Shown here: positions 25,081-38,329 of the stretch, one piece after another
How positions within the stretch are numbered: position 1 is the stretch's first letter
How the letters are laid out: every line of letters begins with the position of its first letter
Notes under the pieces: generated by a model
What the model was told of the DNA's origin: nothing
The model's database searches: none
What the model saw: the letters and a program-made list of their open reading frames with translations, nothing else
Translations under genes and position numbers: made by a program
DNA from: Takakia lepidozioides
Taxonomy: Eukaryota > Plantae > Bryophyta
Length of the DNA: 64,000 bases
Reading direction: 5' to 3'
NCBI GenBank assembly: GCA_030704615.1
Contig: CM060733.1
Coordinates: forward strand, 42,594,001-42,658,000

Positions 25081-27510
25081 GGCCCAGAACTGCCCAACAT
25101 CTGTGCAATCCCCGGCACCATGTACCGAAATTCGGCGCCACATTTCCAAATTTTGGGCTTACACACCTGTCCTGAGGGGACCTATAGCCGCGGATTTCGG
25201 CACCATTTTTCGCCAGAGAGACCTATTACCGCGAAATACGTCGCGGTTCTTTCCGGTTACGGACCCTATTACCGCGAAATTCGGCGCCATTTTTGCACAT
25301 GTCGCTGGGAATTGGCATGAGCGGAAGACGAAATATCATGAGCACAACTCTCAAAACTACAATTTTCCCTTCAAGGTGCCGAATAATATATTAGTTTTTT
25401 CTGACACATTGCATTAAATTAATGTTTTATAATATTTTTTATTTTCGAAATTTGTACTTCTGCTCATGAAAACCGATTGTCTTGCTACTCCACTCATGCC
25501 GCTCATGCCGCTCATGCTCATGAAATAGCTAACCTCCTCATTGGTCTTCGTATTGATGTACCCATGTACAACCTGGAAGGTAGGTAATTCCTTTAGCATG
25601 GTACCTGCCTCAGACCAGTACCTTGCAAAGTGATGATCCTCAATGGGTCGATTGTTCGGAAGAACCTTAGTCCGAGTTGCCACTGGCAACCAAATGCGCA
25701 TGATCTGGTAGTAATGTGCCAACGACTGTGGAGGACTTAATTCCTTCCAAGCCAAATCCAGCACAATGGGAATTTGGTTGAAGGGCATAATCATAGCCCG
25801 ACTGTACTCCCTTTCAGCAGGAGTTCTAGGTGGGTTAAAAGCAGCATCCCCCCATACCTCAGGCTATGGTTTGGCTGTAGTAGCAATAGGGTCAGCTACC
25901 TGCATAGGCATCTGCTGTGGTATTGGTACCACTGGCCCTTCTACCACTGACATCTCCTGCACCCCCTGCGAAGAAGACTGAAAAATTAGAGTCCTGGCAT
26001 GTAAATAAGTAGCCATCAGCTGCTCCTCAGGAACAAAGACTCTCTTGTCAATATTGGAACTCAGGTCATCCACTTGAGTCTGCAGGCCTTCCACATCCTC
26101 CTGTAGCTCCGCTATCCTACTATAGACATTGTCTATAGTAGTTGTGGCAATGTTTTGCACCTGCAATCTGAGCTCATTCATCTCGCCCTTGGTGAGCTTC
26201 CTTGGTGCTTTGCCTTCTACCGGCCCTTGTGCTAACCAGACCTGCATAAGGTGGTTATCCACCAAGTCCTATGTGGCACCCCTCAGAGTCTGCTACTCCG
26301 TGAGTCTGTACACATCTAACTGCTGCTGTAAAGCCTCCATGCGCTTCGCATGAGGTTCAACTAGGCTCGCATAAGCAACAGCCAGATTATTGGCTTCCTT
26401 CCCAACCTTGTTAGCCACAGAGAGTTTATTTGTATTGACCATCATGACTATTTGTTGCAACTCTAGGATGTACCTCTCCTGGTCAGCCTCAACCTGTTTG
26501 TATTGTTGGAAAGTATTCTCATTGCGACAAATTGTAGCCTGCAATTCAACAATGAGTTTCCCTTGCTCTATTATCTCAGCTTCTGCCATCATACATCTCT
26601 CCCCTTGTTTGTTAGCTTCTAATGCAGTTTGCTCTAGAGCAGTTGTGAATGTAGCACATTATATGGTCATCCTCTGATGTACTGCCTCCAACTCTGTATG
26701 TAGTACGTTCACTTCTTGCAACTTGCCCTCATGCTTCACCTGCAATTGATATAACTGTTGCTTATGTGCTTCATGAAACTGGTCCTGCTCGAGACCTGCT
26801 TCAATCAAATGTCCCTTAACCAACTGCAAGGCAGTCTTTGTGTCCTCCAACTCTTGCTGTAACTTAAGATTCATCTCCTCATCTACCTTGTTAGCACACT
26901 CAGTGGCAATTCGAGCCTCAAACTCCTTCCTGAGTTCCTCCCTCAAAGCTGCCAATTGGGTAGATGGAACATGGGATTTCACATAAGTGCCCAACAAATT
27001 GAGTATCCTGCTTATGGAACTCATAAAATACGATGACCGAGCCGTGTTTCTTCTTGGAGGTCGGAAGGTGGGGATCGTGGTTGGACACGTTCAGTGTCGC
27101 GGCCCTTTGCCTTGAGGGCAAGGGGTCGGGACACAGAAGGGGCTGCCCCTGTGGTGGGGGCAGTAGCAGGGATAGGTACGATGGCTGAAGCACCCTTGAG
27201 TGCCCAAGGCACTCAAGGAGGCAGAGGCGCTCACTAGGCGGAGCCCCGCACACCGGGTTGCGGTGGGGGTGGCTCCACAAGGGGTGGTGGTAGCTTAGCG
27301 GGACTTAGTGGGGGTGGCATAGGACTCACCATGAGGTGGAGACCTCGTGGTGGGAGTCGTGGGGAGTCTTGGGACTCATCACGGCCCAATGGGGCCGTGG
27401 TGAGTGGGCCAAGACTCACCGCGACTCACCACCGGGAGTCGAGGGTTTTCGTGGTGGTTTGCCATAAAATGGCATGGTTGTTTGTGAAACCCCCCGCGGA
27501 CAGCTACAGA

Positions 27511-27528
27511 AGTTTATATAGGGAGTAG
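27511..27528 (-). promoter_or_regulatory. Candidate TATA box upstream of the extra ORF
   Basis: Minus strand CTACTCCCTATATAAACT lies about 100 bp upstream of the first minus-strand ORF at 27419. Confidence 0.35.
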
Positions 27529-28099
27529 TAACCCCGAGAACGGTGCAAGCCCGTTGGTGACCAAAAACTAGTGAGTAAGCGGGCGAGCCGGAAAGCGACC
27601 AGTGAGTGGGGAGCTGTTCCAGACTGCCAACTACCAAAGGGAATTCCCGCTGGGCCCAAATCGGTGGAGGGTTCTTTGGGAGATCAAAGGGGGACCGTTA
27701 TGCCCTGGTGAGCAGCCGAAGCTCCAAGTTGGCCCGGCGGCCAGGTTGGGAGTTAGGCACGTGCATCAAAGCAAGTAACTATGACTTGAAGGGGAGCTTA
27801 CCGAAGTGAGGTGCATGACATTCAGGACAACACAGCTCCAGGCTTTAGCAAGACGATGGTTGCACGATGGTCTGCGTGTGCAAAGCTCTTACGAGTTTTG
27901 CGTTCCTTTCGAAGTGGTTTCAGCCCTTACGACTTTGCACAACATGCTCTAACTTCAGCATAATTGGTTGTTGCATAGTCATAAACTCACGGAGTTAGTT
28001 GTATTTCAGAGATATACAATTGACTATTTGGTTGATTTTTATTCTTTGGATCTGGTTCTCTCTTGTCGAGAACTTGTTTTCATCCACTGGATGACTTTC

Positions 28100-28997
28100 T
28101 GTTAGAGGACTGCCAGGGACTTAGGCACTTTTATGAGTTCTGTGGGGTCTGGGACTTAGACATTTTTATGGGTTCCAAAGGGTACCCTTATTTTTACATA
28201 GACCAGTCACAGCCCGTCACAGTCACACAGGCAGTCACAGCTTAACACAGCCGACACAGCCGCCACAGCTTCGCACAGCCCTACACAGCCCGACACAGCC
28301 AGTCACAGCTCGGCACAACTGGGGAACAGTTACCATTGGCAGGGAACGACTGTGGGGGAACGACATCTGAAAAAAGAACGTGTACTACAGAGATAACGGT
28401 TAGTTAGGAAAGCGGTTAGAACGGCTAGTAAAGAGATAAAGCGGGAAGCGGGGACATCGGGGGGGATCACTTTTGGGGGAAGAGGATCACTTCTGGAAGG
28501 ACTTCGGGGGGGGGATCACAACTTGGAAATGAAGCGGAGAGCGCATCTCTGAGCTGAAAGAGGGAGAGCACGGAGTAGGAGGAGAACGATCTGTTGATAC
28601 TTGCTGAATGCAAGAAGTAGAGTTGTAATGTAGAGCAGAATAGAGACACCATGGCTTCAGCCTGATACTTGATAGATATTAATCTGATACATACTTCATA
28701 CTCACACTGTGTAGAGAGACCTGAGTGAAGCTGTGGAATGAATGGATGGAACTTGATAGATTTCTGAAGCAAACTGATACTTAATTACAGATAGTAAGGT
28801 AACTCGCTAACATGAATGCGGGAAGGAGTACAAATAGGAAACACCCCCATGATACACTAGCTGTAGGTCATGACTGATTGTTCTGAGCGGGCTGAGTGCT
28901 TAGAGATTTCCAACTCTTCTATCTTGGAGTTCCCACCTCGGATAACGAAGGGATGGGTGAGTAAAAGCCGCGCGACATTTGGCGACCATACTGGGGA
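28100..28997 (+). mobile_element. 5' LTR (28100-28977) and primer-binding site of a plus-strand Tat/Ogre-like gypsy element
   Basis: TGTTAGAGG..GCGCGACA followed by TT-TGGCGACCATACTGGGGA, similar to the tRNA-Arg-type PBS of Tat/Ogre elements. Confidence 0.85.
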
Positions 28998-29586
28998 ACT
29001 GGGTCATGAACAACCAGAAGTGACAGGCATCTGGTGGGATCATGGTGGTTGGAGAATAAAAGAATTTGGTGTGAATCAAATTCCTTGTGAAACTGAGAAG
29101 GAAAGATTGTCCAAACGATTCTTTCAGAGGTTCTTGGAATTGCCAGACGGTTGTAAAGAAAACATTCTTAAAAGAGTGCATGATGCTGACCCTGAATGGG
29201 GTCTGGAGAAAGGAGTGACAAAGATTTATCAGGTGGCCTGTAGAGGAAGAGCACGTTGGTTACCAATACTGGTTTATGTGATAGCATTGCTATCCATTAA
29301 GCGAGTAGACTTTAAAGGCTGGGAGGAAAGAAATGTGAATGTTTATACTCATATGCATGAAGAGCTTGTACTGGTAAAGAATTGGATTCCAAAGGATATT
29401 TTGTGGATCAAACTCACACCAAGAACAGCTTTCTAGACTTGTTTGCCATATGGTTATATGGTAACGGAGACTTCTAGTATAGCCAAGGGTGCATTGAAGC
29501 TTGAAAGAAACCCAGGCATATACGAGAGATATTACAGAAGAGAGTTTTGGTTATTGCCACATTAAAAGAAATGAAAGACATGGGAC

Positions 29587-31240
29587 ATGAGTGATGAAAG
29601 AGAAGCTAGACGCCAGAGATATTCAGCAAAAAGAGAAAACTATCTGAAAGCTAATCATCCATATCTTTGGGAGAGAGGAATAGACATAGGGGAATCATCT
29701 GGACCTCTCACACCATTAAGATCAGAGAGTACATCACCCATACCGGAAGAACTAGAGTTGGATGCCACTCCTTCTTTTTCTTTGCAAGAAAGATTAAGGG
29801 AATTGGTACGGGAAGAAGATCAATCACGAGGTGAAAGATCTGAGGTACATCCCTGGATAAAAAATTTGACAGAAATCTTTGATAAGAGTTGGCATGGAAC
29901 ACCAAAAGCAGGAACTCCAGTTTCTGAAGGGGAAGGTAAAGAAAGAGGAGAGGATGTGGCAGAGCCAACGGAGAGTTCAGACTCTCCAACACCATTGCAG
30001 TTGAGTTACATGAGTGAAGAAGAAACCCAAGGGCAGAACTTGGAGGATGAAAACAGAGAGAAGAAATTGGAAGAGGAAGAGTATGAAGAAGTAGACCCAA
30101 CAGCTAAGGTTGAGACTACAACCAGGACATCCCAACCCGTTGGACCTGGATCAAGTGGAGCACTTGGATCACAGGCCAACGAAGATGTCGGCTCAGGGGG
30201 GAGGGCGGGCTGCCTGGATCTGGCTCTGGGGGGACAGGGAGTGTGGGAAGTAGTGCAACTGGAGCTGGGAATACTGTGAATATCATGGGGCCAGTACAAA
30301 GGAGTGCTCAAGGGCCACCACTTGGTGGAAGATCCACCACAACAACAACAGGTCCTGAAGGACCAACACCAGCAAGGGTGCCAGCACCTGTCAGTGGGCA
30401 GAAGGTAGGGCCACAGATGGCGTTACAACCAACACGGGCAAAACCACCTTTTCCAATATATTCAGGAAAAGGGGATCCCGATGTACACATTAGCCAGTTT
30501 GAGCACATGTGTATAGTGAACAATGAGAATGGCGATGATGCCAAGATGAGATTGTTTCCTTGTTCACTTATCAAGAAAGCAAGTGAATGGTATGCAAGAT
30601 TCCTTGATAATCATTTCCTAACCTGGAATCCGAAATAGGTTCAGGACAAGTAAAACAGAGGATGAAGTGTATGGAAGTTTACAACAGTTAAAGCAAAAGA
30701 AGCATGAAACTGTTGAGGAGTATATGGAAAAGATGGAATTGATGATGAAAAAGCTGGCTGCTGTACCAGCACCAGGTTTACAGAAGACTTGGTTTGTGAG
30801 TGGACTAAGACCAGAGTTGCAAAAGAAAGTGGATATGTTACCCCATAATACAGTGGAGGAGGCATTTGAAACTGCAAATAGAATTGAGCAATTGGGAATG
30901 CTCAGGAGAGAGAAAAGGGATGATGAGGACTCTGAGGATGAGTCAGATGAAGAAGAAGAGCAAGAACTAAAAAGGAAGAGTAAGAGAAATGAGAAATTGA
31001 AGAGGGATAACTATGAGAAAAGATTAGAAGAAATCTTGAAGAAGTATGCCACAGAGGCTGCAACACATTGGAGGAAGGGTGTTTGGTGTGCAAAGTGCCA
31101 GAATGAAGGCCATACCACCACTGAATGCCACATGAAGGAGAAAACACGGTACTGGTGTAAAATGGATAACCATTCTACTGAGAATTGTTACTACAACAGA
31201 AGGACAGCTGCAAGAGAACCTAGGCAAGTAAGGGTGCATC
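29587..31240 (+). pseudogene. Ty3/gypsy gag (frameshifted), interrupted by element A
   Basis: PIYSGKGDPDVHISQFE..LFPCSL..ASEWY, LKQKKHETVEEY..WFVSGLRPELQ, and zinc knuckles CAKCQNEGHTTTEC and WCKMDNHSTENC. Confidence 0.88.
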
Positions 31241-31484
31241 GGGGGCTGCTATTTCATGAGCGGCATGAGCATGAGCGGCATGAGCATGAGCGGAAAAAAA
31301 AAAAGCATGAGCAGACCATTGTCAGTCCACGGAAATAGGGTTAGGAGGCACGGAAATAGGGTCATGTGAAGTTGGAATGTGGCACCAGTGGACTTAAAAT
31401 GCAACATTTTATTGCAAATTTTGTGGCAAGCCACGTCTATACAAGTGTGTTCTAACTGTCATAGCCGGAATGGGCACTACTCTC

Positions 31485-34400
31485 CTACACCCTCCGAGGA
31501 ACTTGCCCCACCTTCTTCCTCATCCCCCTCATCCCCCTCATCTCCGAGCTCTGTGATGCATCAGTTCCACTATGCCTCTCAAAAATCCCGTCCTCTCCTT
31601 GGGGGACTGTCCACCTCACCTCCTGGGAATCTTCTGCGTCTTCTCCCCCACTTTCCTCAGCAGAATCCAACACAAATCTACGAGCCCGACGGGCTCTAAT
31701 AGCTGCTGCCTCCTCCCTCATCTTCATTTTCTTGAGGCTTGCCTCGTCTAAAATCTGCTGTACACGACTACGTTCGGAACACCTCCTAATGGACACCGAA
31801 GCAAGCCGGGCAGCATAAGTAGGCAGGATGTACTCCCTTTCTGGACTAGGCATGAAATCTCCCCTGGCAAAAAAAGGCACGTTCCTCCTGCCCATGAACT
31901 CCGGTGTAGACGTCCCTCCGGCAGTACTTGGCATCCTACAGTAAGAACAAATCCACTTGAAGAATGTCAATACCAGCACAACCAGAAAGGGTTTTCAATG
32001 AAATAAGAGAGCGGAGGGAGGTGCCTCACAAAATCTGGAGGCAACTTACAATGCCACCACTCACTCGTAAACCGGGGGCTCCTCGGCCTCGATCCCAACT
32101 CCTCCCCCTGCTCCTTATCGGATTTTTCCTTCATCCTCCGAGGATGCCTCTTACTCTTTCGGCAGACGTCAGCCGCTGCAAGTTCCGAGTTGTGGAGGGC
32201 AGTATCTGGCTCGAATGCGAACACATGCCTGTCGGACAACGTCCCTGCCCACATTGAAGCACCTGAGGAACAAAGCGGGCGGTTAATAGCTTGCGGCATG
32301 CAATTGCAATGGGGCCAGGGGACAAACTGAGCACGTGAAGGCTTACCCGTGCCGCATGGAGGTCCAGAATCAGCCCCTTGGGACATCCGGCACGTCTCCA
32401 TGAGGGTTTGGATGAAAGCAGGGCTTCGGGTCCGGCTGTACCGCCACGGTTTGCCTGTCTTTGTGTCCTTCGGCATACTAGAGTGGGGCACATAGTTGTA
32501 GAGGACATCGTAGGTTACAGGGTCCACAGCGGCATCAACAAGACGACCGTCGTTGCGGAATTTGAACGTAGACCCTCTCTTCACAAAGCAATATTGCCTC
32601 AAACCCAATGTCTGACATCCAACAAAGAAGGGATCAATTCCAGGGCTACTTAACATACACCACAATATGAAGTGAATGCAATAGATTGATAACTTACACT
32701 TTGGCCCTCTGTTCGCAACCCTGCGTACTGATGCAGAACCATTTTCTGAGGAGGACCGGGGTGACACTTTTCGGTGTCCACCTTGCCACCGCATTCTCTG
32801 TGGTCTTCCCTCTCGTGGCAAGGACAACCACACATCCACCGTCATCCAGAAGCATCCCCGCCAGCCAAACCCGGCTTTCCAGTAGTCCTCAGTAAACCTG
32901 TTCCAGGTGGGCACACCATCCAGGCCCTCCAGCAGCTCCCCATCTGGAATGTCGAGGAGAATCATGTCGCAAGCTCTCTCCACCTCAACCCCCCCCGAGT
33001 GCTCTTGCAATTCGTGCTCACAGCCGTGAAGAATTCCATCATGGCTTCAAAACCAGGGGTGTCTTTAGGCTCTGTACCGGCAGCCCTCTTCTTGGCTTTC
33101 CCCTTCTGCTCCGCCAGAGACTTGTTGTGTGCCACCTTCTTCGCCCTGGCAGCGAGAGCGTCAAGGAAGCTCTCATTGACGCATTGGATGATGGTTGGAG
33201 GTTCTAGCTTTGGCCTGTGCGTAAACGTCACCGCCGAATACCGCCGTGTAGGCTCGCCCTCAAATGCCAACTTCTTGGCAGAGCCAGTCCCACTCCGAAC
33301 TGACTTGGGAACCCGGACGACCGGTGACTGGGTAGGAGCAACAGCAGTCGCAGGACCTTGAACAAAATCGGCGTCGGAGTCACTCTCTTGGGTCCCCTCC
33401 TGCGCCTCCTCCGATGCCCCGATGGTTTTCTTCTTTTTGGGTGTTACTGCAGTCACTGTTTCCTTGTCCTTTTCTTTGACCTTTACTCTTCTCATGCAAT
33501 TTCTCCTGAATTCCTGCCTGAGCAAGCTCTGCCGCTTTCCTGGAGTTCGCAAGCGCTTTTGCCTCTTTTGCACCCAACGGAGGCAGCGGAGCCCGGTTTC
33601 GTCGGAATTCAGCATCCAGCTTCAATTGAAACTCGGATGGGTCGAGCGAGCCGGGCGGAAGGTCCACATACCAAGGGCAATCACGCAAATGTTCCAGATG
33701 CCACTCCTTCACAATATCGTCAGTGTACATGGAGTCAGCCCCAGGGTTCCTCCATGCCAGGAAGAATGGTGGCTCGAAAGACAGATGACCTTTCTCCAAA
33801 AGCGAGATACCTTTCTCCAAAACGAGACCTTACTTACCTGCTTCATGAAAAACCCAATGAGGTCCCGAAAATGGCTAACTCCCTGACGGCAATCGGGCCG
33901 ACAACTGGATATGGCGCCGATTCCTCCACTTCAGGGCCCCCAGTGTAGGGACTTAGCCCGAAATGGCTATCCCTGGACGGCAATACGGCCTGGAACTGGA
34001 AAGCGCCGAATTTTCCACTTCCGGGCCAGCCACCCTAGGGACTTACACCAAAAAAATGGCTAAGTCCCTGGGACGGCAATAGGGCCTAGAACTGGAATAA
34101 CGGCGCCGAATTTCCAGTTCCGGCCAGCCACCCTAGGGACTTAGACCCGAAAATGCTAAGTCCCTGGACGGGCAATAGGGCCTGAAACTGGAATATGGCG
34201 CCGAATTTCCCACTTCCGGGCCAGCCCAGTCTAGGGACTTAGCCCGAAATGCTAAGTCCCTGGACGCAATAGGGCCTAGAACTGGAATACGGCGCCGAAT
34301 TTCCAGTTCCGGGCCAGCCACCCTAGGGACTTAGACCGAAAATGGCTAAGTCCCTGGACGGCAATAGGGCCTGGAACTGGAATATGGCGCCGAATTTCCA

Positions 34401-37400
34401 CTTCAGGGCCAGCCAGTCTAGGACTTAGCCCGAAAATGGCTAAGTCCCTGGACGGCAATAGGGCCTAGAACTGGAAATCGGCGCCGAATTTTCCAGTTCC
34501 GGGCCAGCCACCCTAGGGACTTAGACCGAAAATGGCTAAGTCCCTGGACGGCAATAGGGCCTGGAACTGGAATATGGCGCCGAATTTTCCACTTCAGGGC
34601 CAGCCAGTCTAGGGACTTAGCCCGAAATGGCTAAGTCCCCCTGGACGGCAATAGGGCCTAGAACTGGAAAACCGGCGCCGAATTTCCAGTTCCGGGCCAG
34701 CCACACTAGGGACTTAGCCCGAAAATGGCTAAGTCCCTGAACGGCAATAGGGCCTGGAACTGGAAAATGGCGCCGAATTTCCAGTTCCGGGCCAGCCAGT
34801 CTAGGGACTTTGCCATTTTCGGAGCCCTGACTGGAAATTCGGCGCCATTTTCCCTAACACCACTTAGGCCTCTAACATCCTGAAATGCCAGGACTTGAAA
34901 GAAAGGCAGCGCGTATGTACCTGTACAGAAGGCGCATTGCTGCTTTGTCCGCGTTCGGCTGGTCGGTGAACTCGTGGCTCCGGCGAGCATCTGCTATCTC
35001 CCCGAAAGAATAGGTTGGTTTTTGTAGAGCAGAAAGTACCTCGTCACATAGTCACGCAGGCTCTCTGCTGCAGGAGATATCTCCATCTTGAACTGATGTG
35101 CTTGTGTGTCCAGCTGCTCTTTGCGCATTCGTCGTCACCTGTGGAGATTGTCCATCAGATCGCTTTCCTCAAAAATACAATGAATCAACCCCCTACTAGA
35201 GTACAAGCCCCAAACGAAGCGTGGGGAAGTACCTGAAACCACCATGTCATGCGGTTCATCCACATGTCGAATGTGGGGTCAGAGAGTTTGTCCGGTTTGG
35301 GGAAGCTCCACATGTCCCTGGTACTTTGGGAACCATTCCATTTGGAGCCACCGGTCTGTCCACCACCCAGCATATTCGTAAGCGCCAACACCACAAAAAG
35401 GAGTTGTTGCCACCACAATTTGGTTAAGAATGTATCACCTTTCTGTTGCATCCACACAGGATGTGGCTAGACGATGGAGCTTCTCCAATGTCATCGTGGG
35501 CTTCAGAGCGCGAGAGAGTAGTGCTTTCCCCACCTCCACCAGAAAGTCGGCACCAAGGGCGGGATCAGCTATGGCCACGTACTTTACCATCCGCGACTTG
35601 TACTTTATGCGGGCCCTCACCTCCGCAGCTTTGACATACGATTCGAGTTCCGGGAGGGTTGGATTCTTCTCCTCTGACTCCATGTAGAACCTCCGCGCAT
35701 GTGCCAAATCCTGCTGTATTTTCGTCTGTCGAAAAGCAGCACATAAGATTAGAGATCCTGCTCAACACAATTTCTTCTATTGGGGGAGGAGAGACAATTA
35801 GCTCAACAAAACTGCAGGAGCTTTACCCGAAATATGTAGTCCACCATGGCGTCGACGCTCAGCCTATACCAGGTTCTGTCTGCCTTTGCCTCCGACTTGC
35901 GCAGGAGGTCGGCACTGAGGGAATTGGCAAACTCTTCCACCCCCTGCCTCCCGACATCCTTCACTCGGAAGAGCATATGGGACAAGTTGGTGGCAATGAA
36001 GGCATTCTCAGTCACCCTGCAGTGCCACATTTCCATCAAACAATACTGAAATGGGAATTTTCATCATATATGAGGATTCGCAATGAAATGACTTCCAAAT
36101 TCAAAGTCCAAAAGCGAGAGGGGTTGTAGCTTACGAGTTGATGTCGGCCATTGCAGCTTTGAGAAGACTGCGATCTTTGGGCCCCGCAACCTTCAGCACA
36201 ACACAATCGACGGCGAAATGCCAATCGAGATCGTTGGGGTGGGCTTGGGCAATGTGCTCCATCCATGCCAGGAGGCGATGATTGCCGTCCCACACGTAGA
36301 ACATCTTACCGGACATGTGCTGGAAAAGAGGATCACTAGCAATCGATCTCTCGAACTCCTCATTTCGCGTTTGCCAATGGGGACCCCCATTTGTCCACCT
36401 CATCGGAAGTGTGGGCACGGGAAGCTCCGTGGTCGTTCTCAATGGAAACGTAAAAGGCGGCAGACCCCATTCGATATCCATCCCGGAAAGAGAATTTCAG
36501 CTTGTCGATATCGCCTGGGGGAGGCAGGTCTCACCACCTGCAATGACACCAAGCGGCAAAGGGGAATTCGAAGCTTGGCCGGGTACACCATGCCCCCCAG
36601 CACCCTGCCAATGTTGCTGTGGGTTGCCTCCAACATCTTGGCAGCGGCCAACTTCATATCCGCCTCAGACATGACGTCTGCTGCAGAGGGGTTTTCCGGC
36701 AGCCCACCAAGACCGCCAAATCCAGCCTGTATGCTCCGGGTTTGGGGCCTGGGGATGTCCGGGAGAATGTCATCCTGGTCAGAAACATCCATGTCGTCCT
36801 CCTCAACAGGGTCAGCCACCTGCGAAACCACCTCCAGCACTCTCGTCGTCTCTACTGCCCTCTCCCTGGCTTCACCTCGAACTTGCACAATCGGTGCTCT
36901 TTCAGGTGTTCTTTCCTCTCCTCCACTCTCCACCGTATGGGTAATTGCGGGGGCTGCACTTGCCCGCGATGGTCTAACCGGTGTGCTACTGCCTCTCTGT
37001 GGTGTCTTGTAGGGATCCACCGTCTCTGTGTGTCCCTCGCTTACATTGGCATCTGTCATTTGGGCACCCCGGGCCTCTTCAGCTGCCTTTTGTCTTTCCT
37101 CCTTGCTAGCATTCTGTCTCGTCTGTTCTTTTGCCCTCTCTTTTGCCCTCTCACGGGCTTTCTGTTTCTTACTAGGGCTAGCAACAGGGGAGCCCTCCAG
37201 GACGACCACCTTTGATTGAGGCGAACTGACACCCTCGCGCGCACTGCTCACTCCCCCCCCGCAGCCCGTGACTGCTCTCTCGCCGGGGATTGCATGTGCT
37301 TAGCTTTCTTCTTTTTCTTTGCGTGGGCGGGCCCTACTGCATGTGCATGAACAACCTCCATTGCCGGATCTGCTGTCCTCATGTCCTCACGCCCTTCACC

Positions 37401-37580
37401 TGCCATGCCGCCTGCACCAACCTCCCCAATGCCTACTCTATCGTAATCTCGTTGCAAGTCCTCCCGTCCACCAACAAAAGATTTAAGTTTGCCCTCTCGC
37501 CCCAAGTTGGGCGATTCAAACATGCGATGAGTTGGAGCTGTCGATGATACCACCAGCGTGCCGGGCTCGTCGTCACTCTG
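31485..37580 (-). CDS. Multi-exon ParB/Srx-like + beta-class N6/N4 DNA methyltransferase-like gene (several frameshifts in this copy; 5' end uncertain, may extend to ~38000)
   Basis: ParB-like IPLCRL..MFYVWDGNHRLLAW (~36275-36300), helical middle exons at 35000-36050, MTase-like DMILLDIPDG (~32941-32968), PWRYSRTRSPAFIQTLMETC, and CGTG|ASMWAG..RHVFAFEPD. GT-AG introns separate the blocks. Confidence 0.7.
33870..34850. repeat. Intronic tandem array (~95-bp units) of double hairpins
   Basis: Each unit has AGGGACTTAGC..GCTAAGTCCCT and GGAACTGGAA..GGCGCCGAATTTCCAGTTCC inverted repeats. CCCTAGGGAC recurs at 34131, 34321 and 34511. Confidence 0.92.
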
Positions 37581-38329
37581 TGATTGACAAAAAATCGTGA
37601 ACACCAACAGTGGTGCAAAAAGCAGCAGCGCAACCACCATAGCAGCAATCATGTAGCAAAAATGAAAACATAACAAGTTTAGGAAGTATGGAGAGCCATG
37701 CAACAACAATGAAAACAAATGCAACCATTGCCTAAGAATGACATGCACAAGCAGCCTTCTCCAGAGCTGCCGGATTTGCACACGCATTGCAAACAATCTA
37801 AGGTTCAGTCAACTATCTAAAGTTCACTCATAAAGCAAAGCCAGGATGAAGATGCAGAAACAAAGCGAGGTAACGAAGCGAAAGCAAAAAAGAAATCGAA
37901 CAAACCGAAAGCAGAAGTGGCTTGCCTGAGAGTACTCGGCTTCAGTTGGCGCAGGTTGTGAGCAAGACACTGGAATCTCCTGCTGGAGCTTCAGTTTGGC
38001 CATGCGAGAGATTGGCCGTCGTCCGTAGTACAGAGCTTTCAACTTCCGCCGCGGTCTGGATCTGAGGTCTCTCTCAGGAGAGCCACGCCCTTCAGGCGGC
38101 ATAAGTCCCAGCCAAAAAGATCTCCTTTTTGGGGTACATGCCTGGAATACCATGTTAAGCCAAGTATAGCATGAGATTTAGGGTACGTGTCCAGGAAGCC
38201 ATGCGTCGCCAGCCCGAATAATAAGCGACGGCCGTCGACATTTATTGCCCAACTGCGCAATTAAATGTCGGATGAAGCCCTCCATGTCGGAAGAAAATAG
38301 ACGAAAACAGTCCCGGAATTTCCCTCACG

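Larger units (their letters stand above)
19450..25536 (+). mobile_element. Element B: internally deleted MULE-like DNA transposon
   Basis: TIRs GGGGGCTGCTATTTCATGAGC.. and ..GCTCATGAAATAGCTAACCTC. 8-bp TSD CTCATTGG at 19442-19449 and 25537-25544. Internal sequence is colinear with parts of element A. Confidence 0.92.
18875..27419 (-). pseudogene. Extra (non gag-pol) ORF region of the minus-strand LTR element, Pro-rich then coiled-coil, interrupted by element B
   Basis: Collinear minus-strand frames from 27419 to 25537 and from 19449 to 18875. Removing element B and one TSD gives the continuous reading YINTKTNE-VSSIVMGCGLYY. Several frameshifts and stops. Confidence 0.65.

Noticed and set aside
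31485-37580. Bacterial contamination or prophage ParB-methylase locus
   Set aside because: The gene is split by GT-AG introns, lies within TIRs, and is nested in plant LTR retrotransposons.
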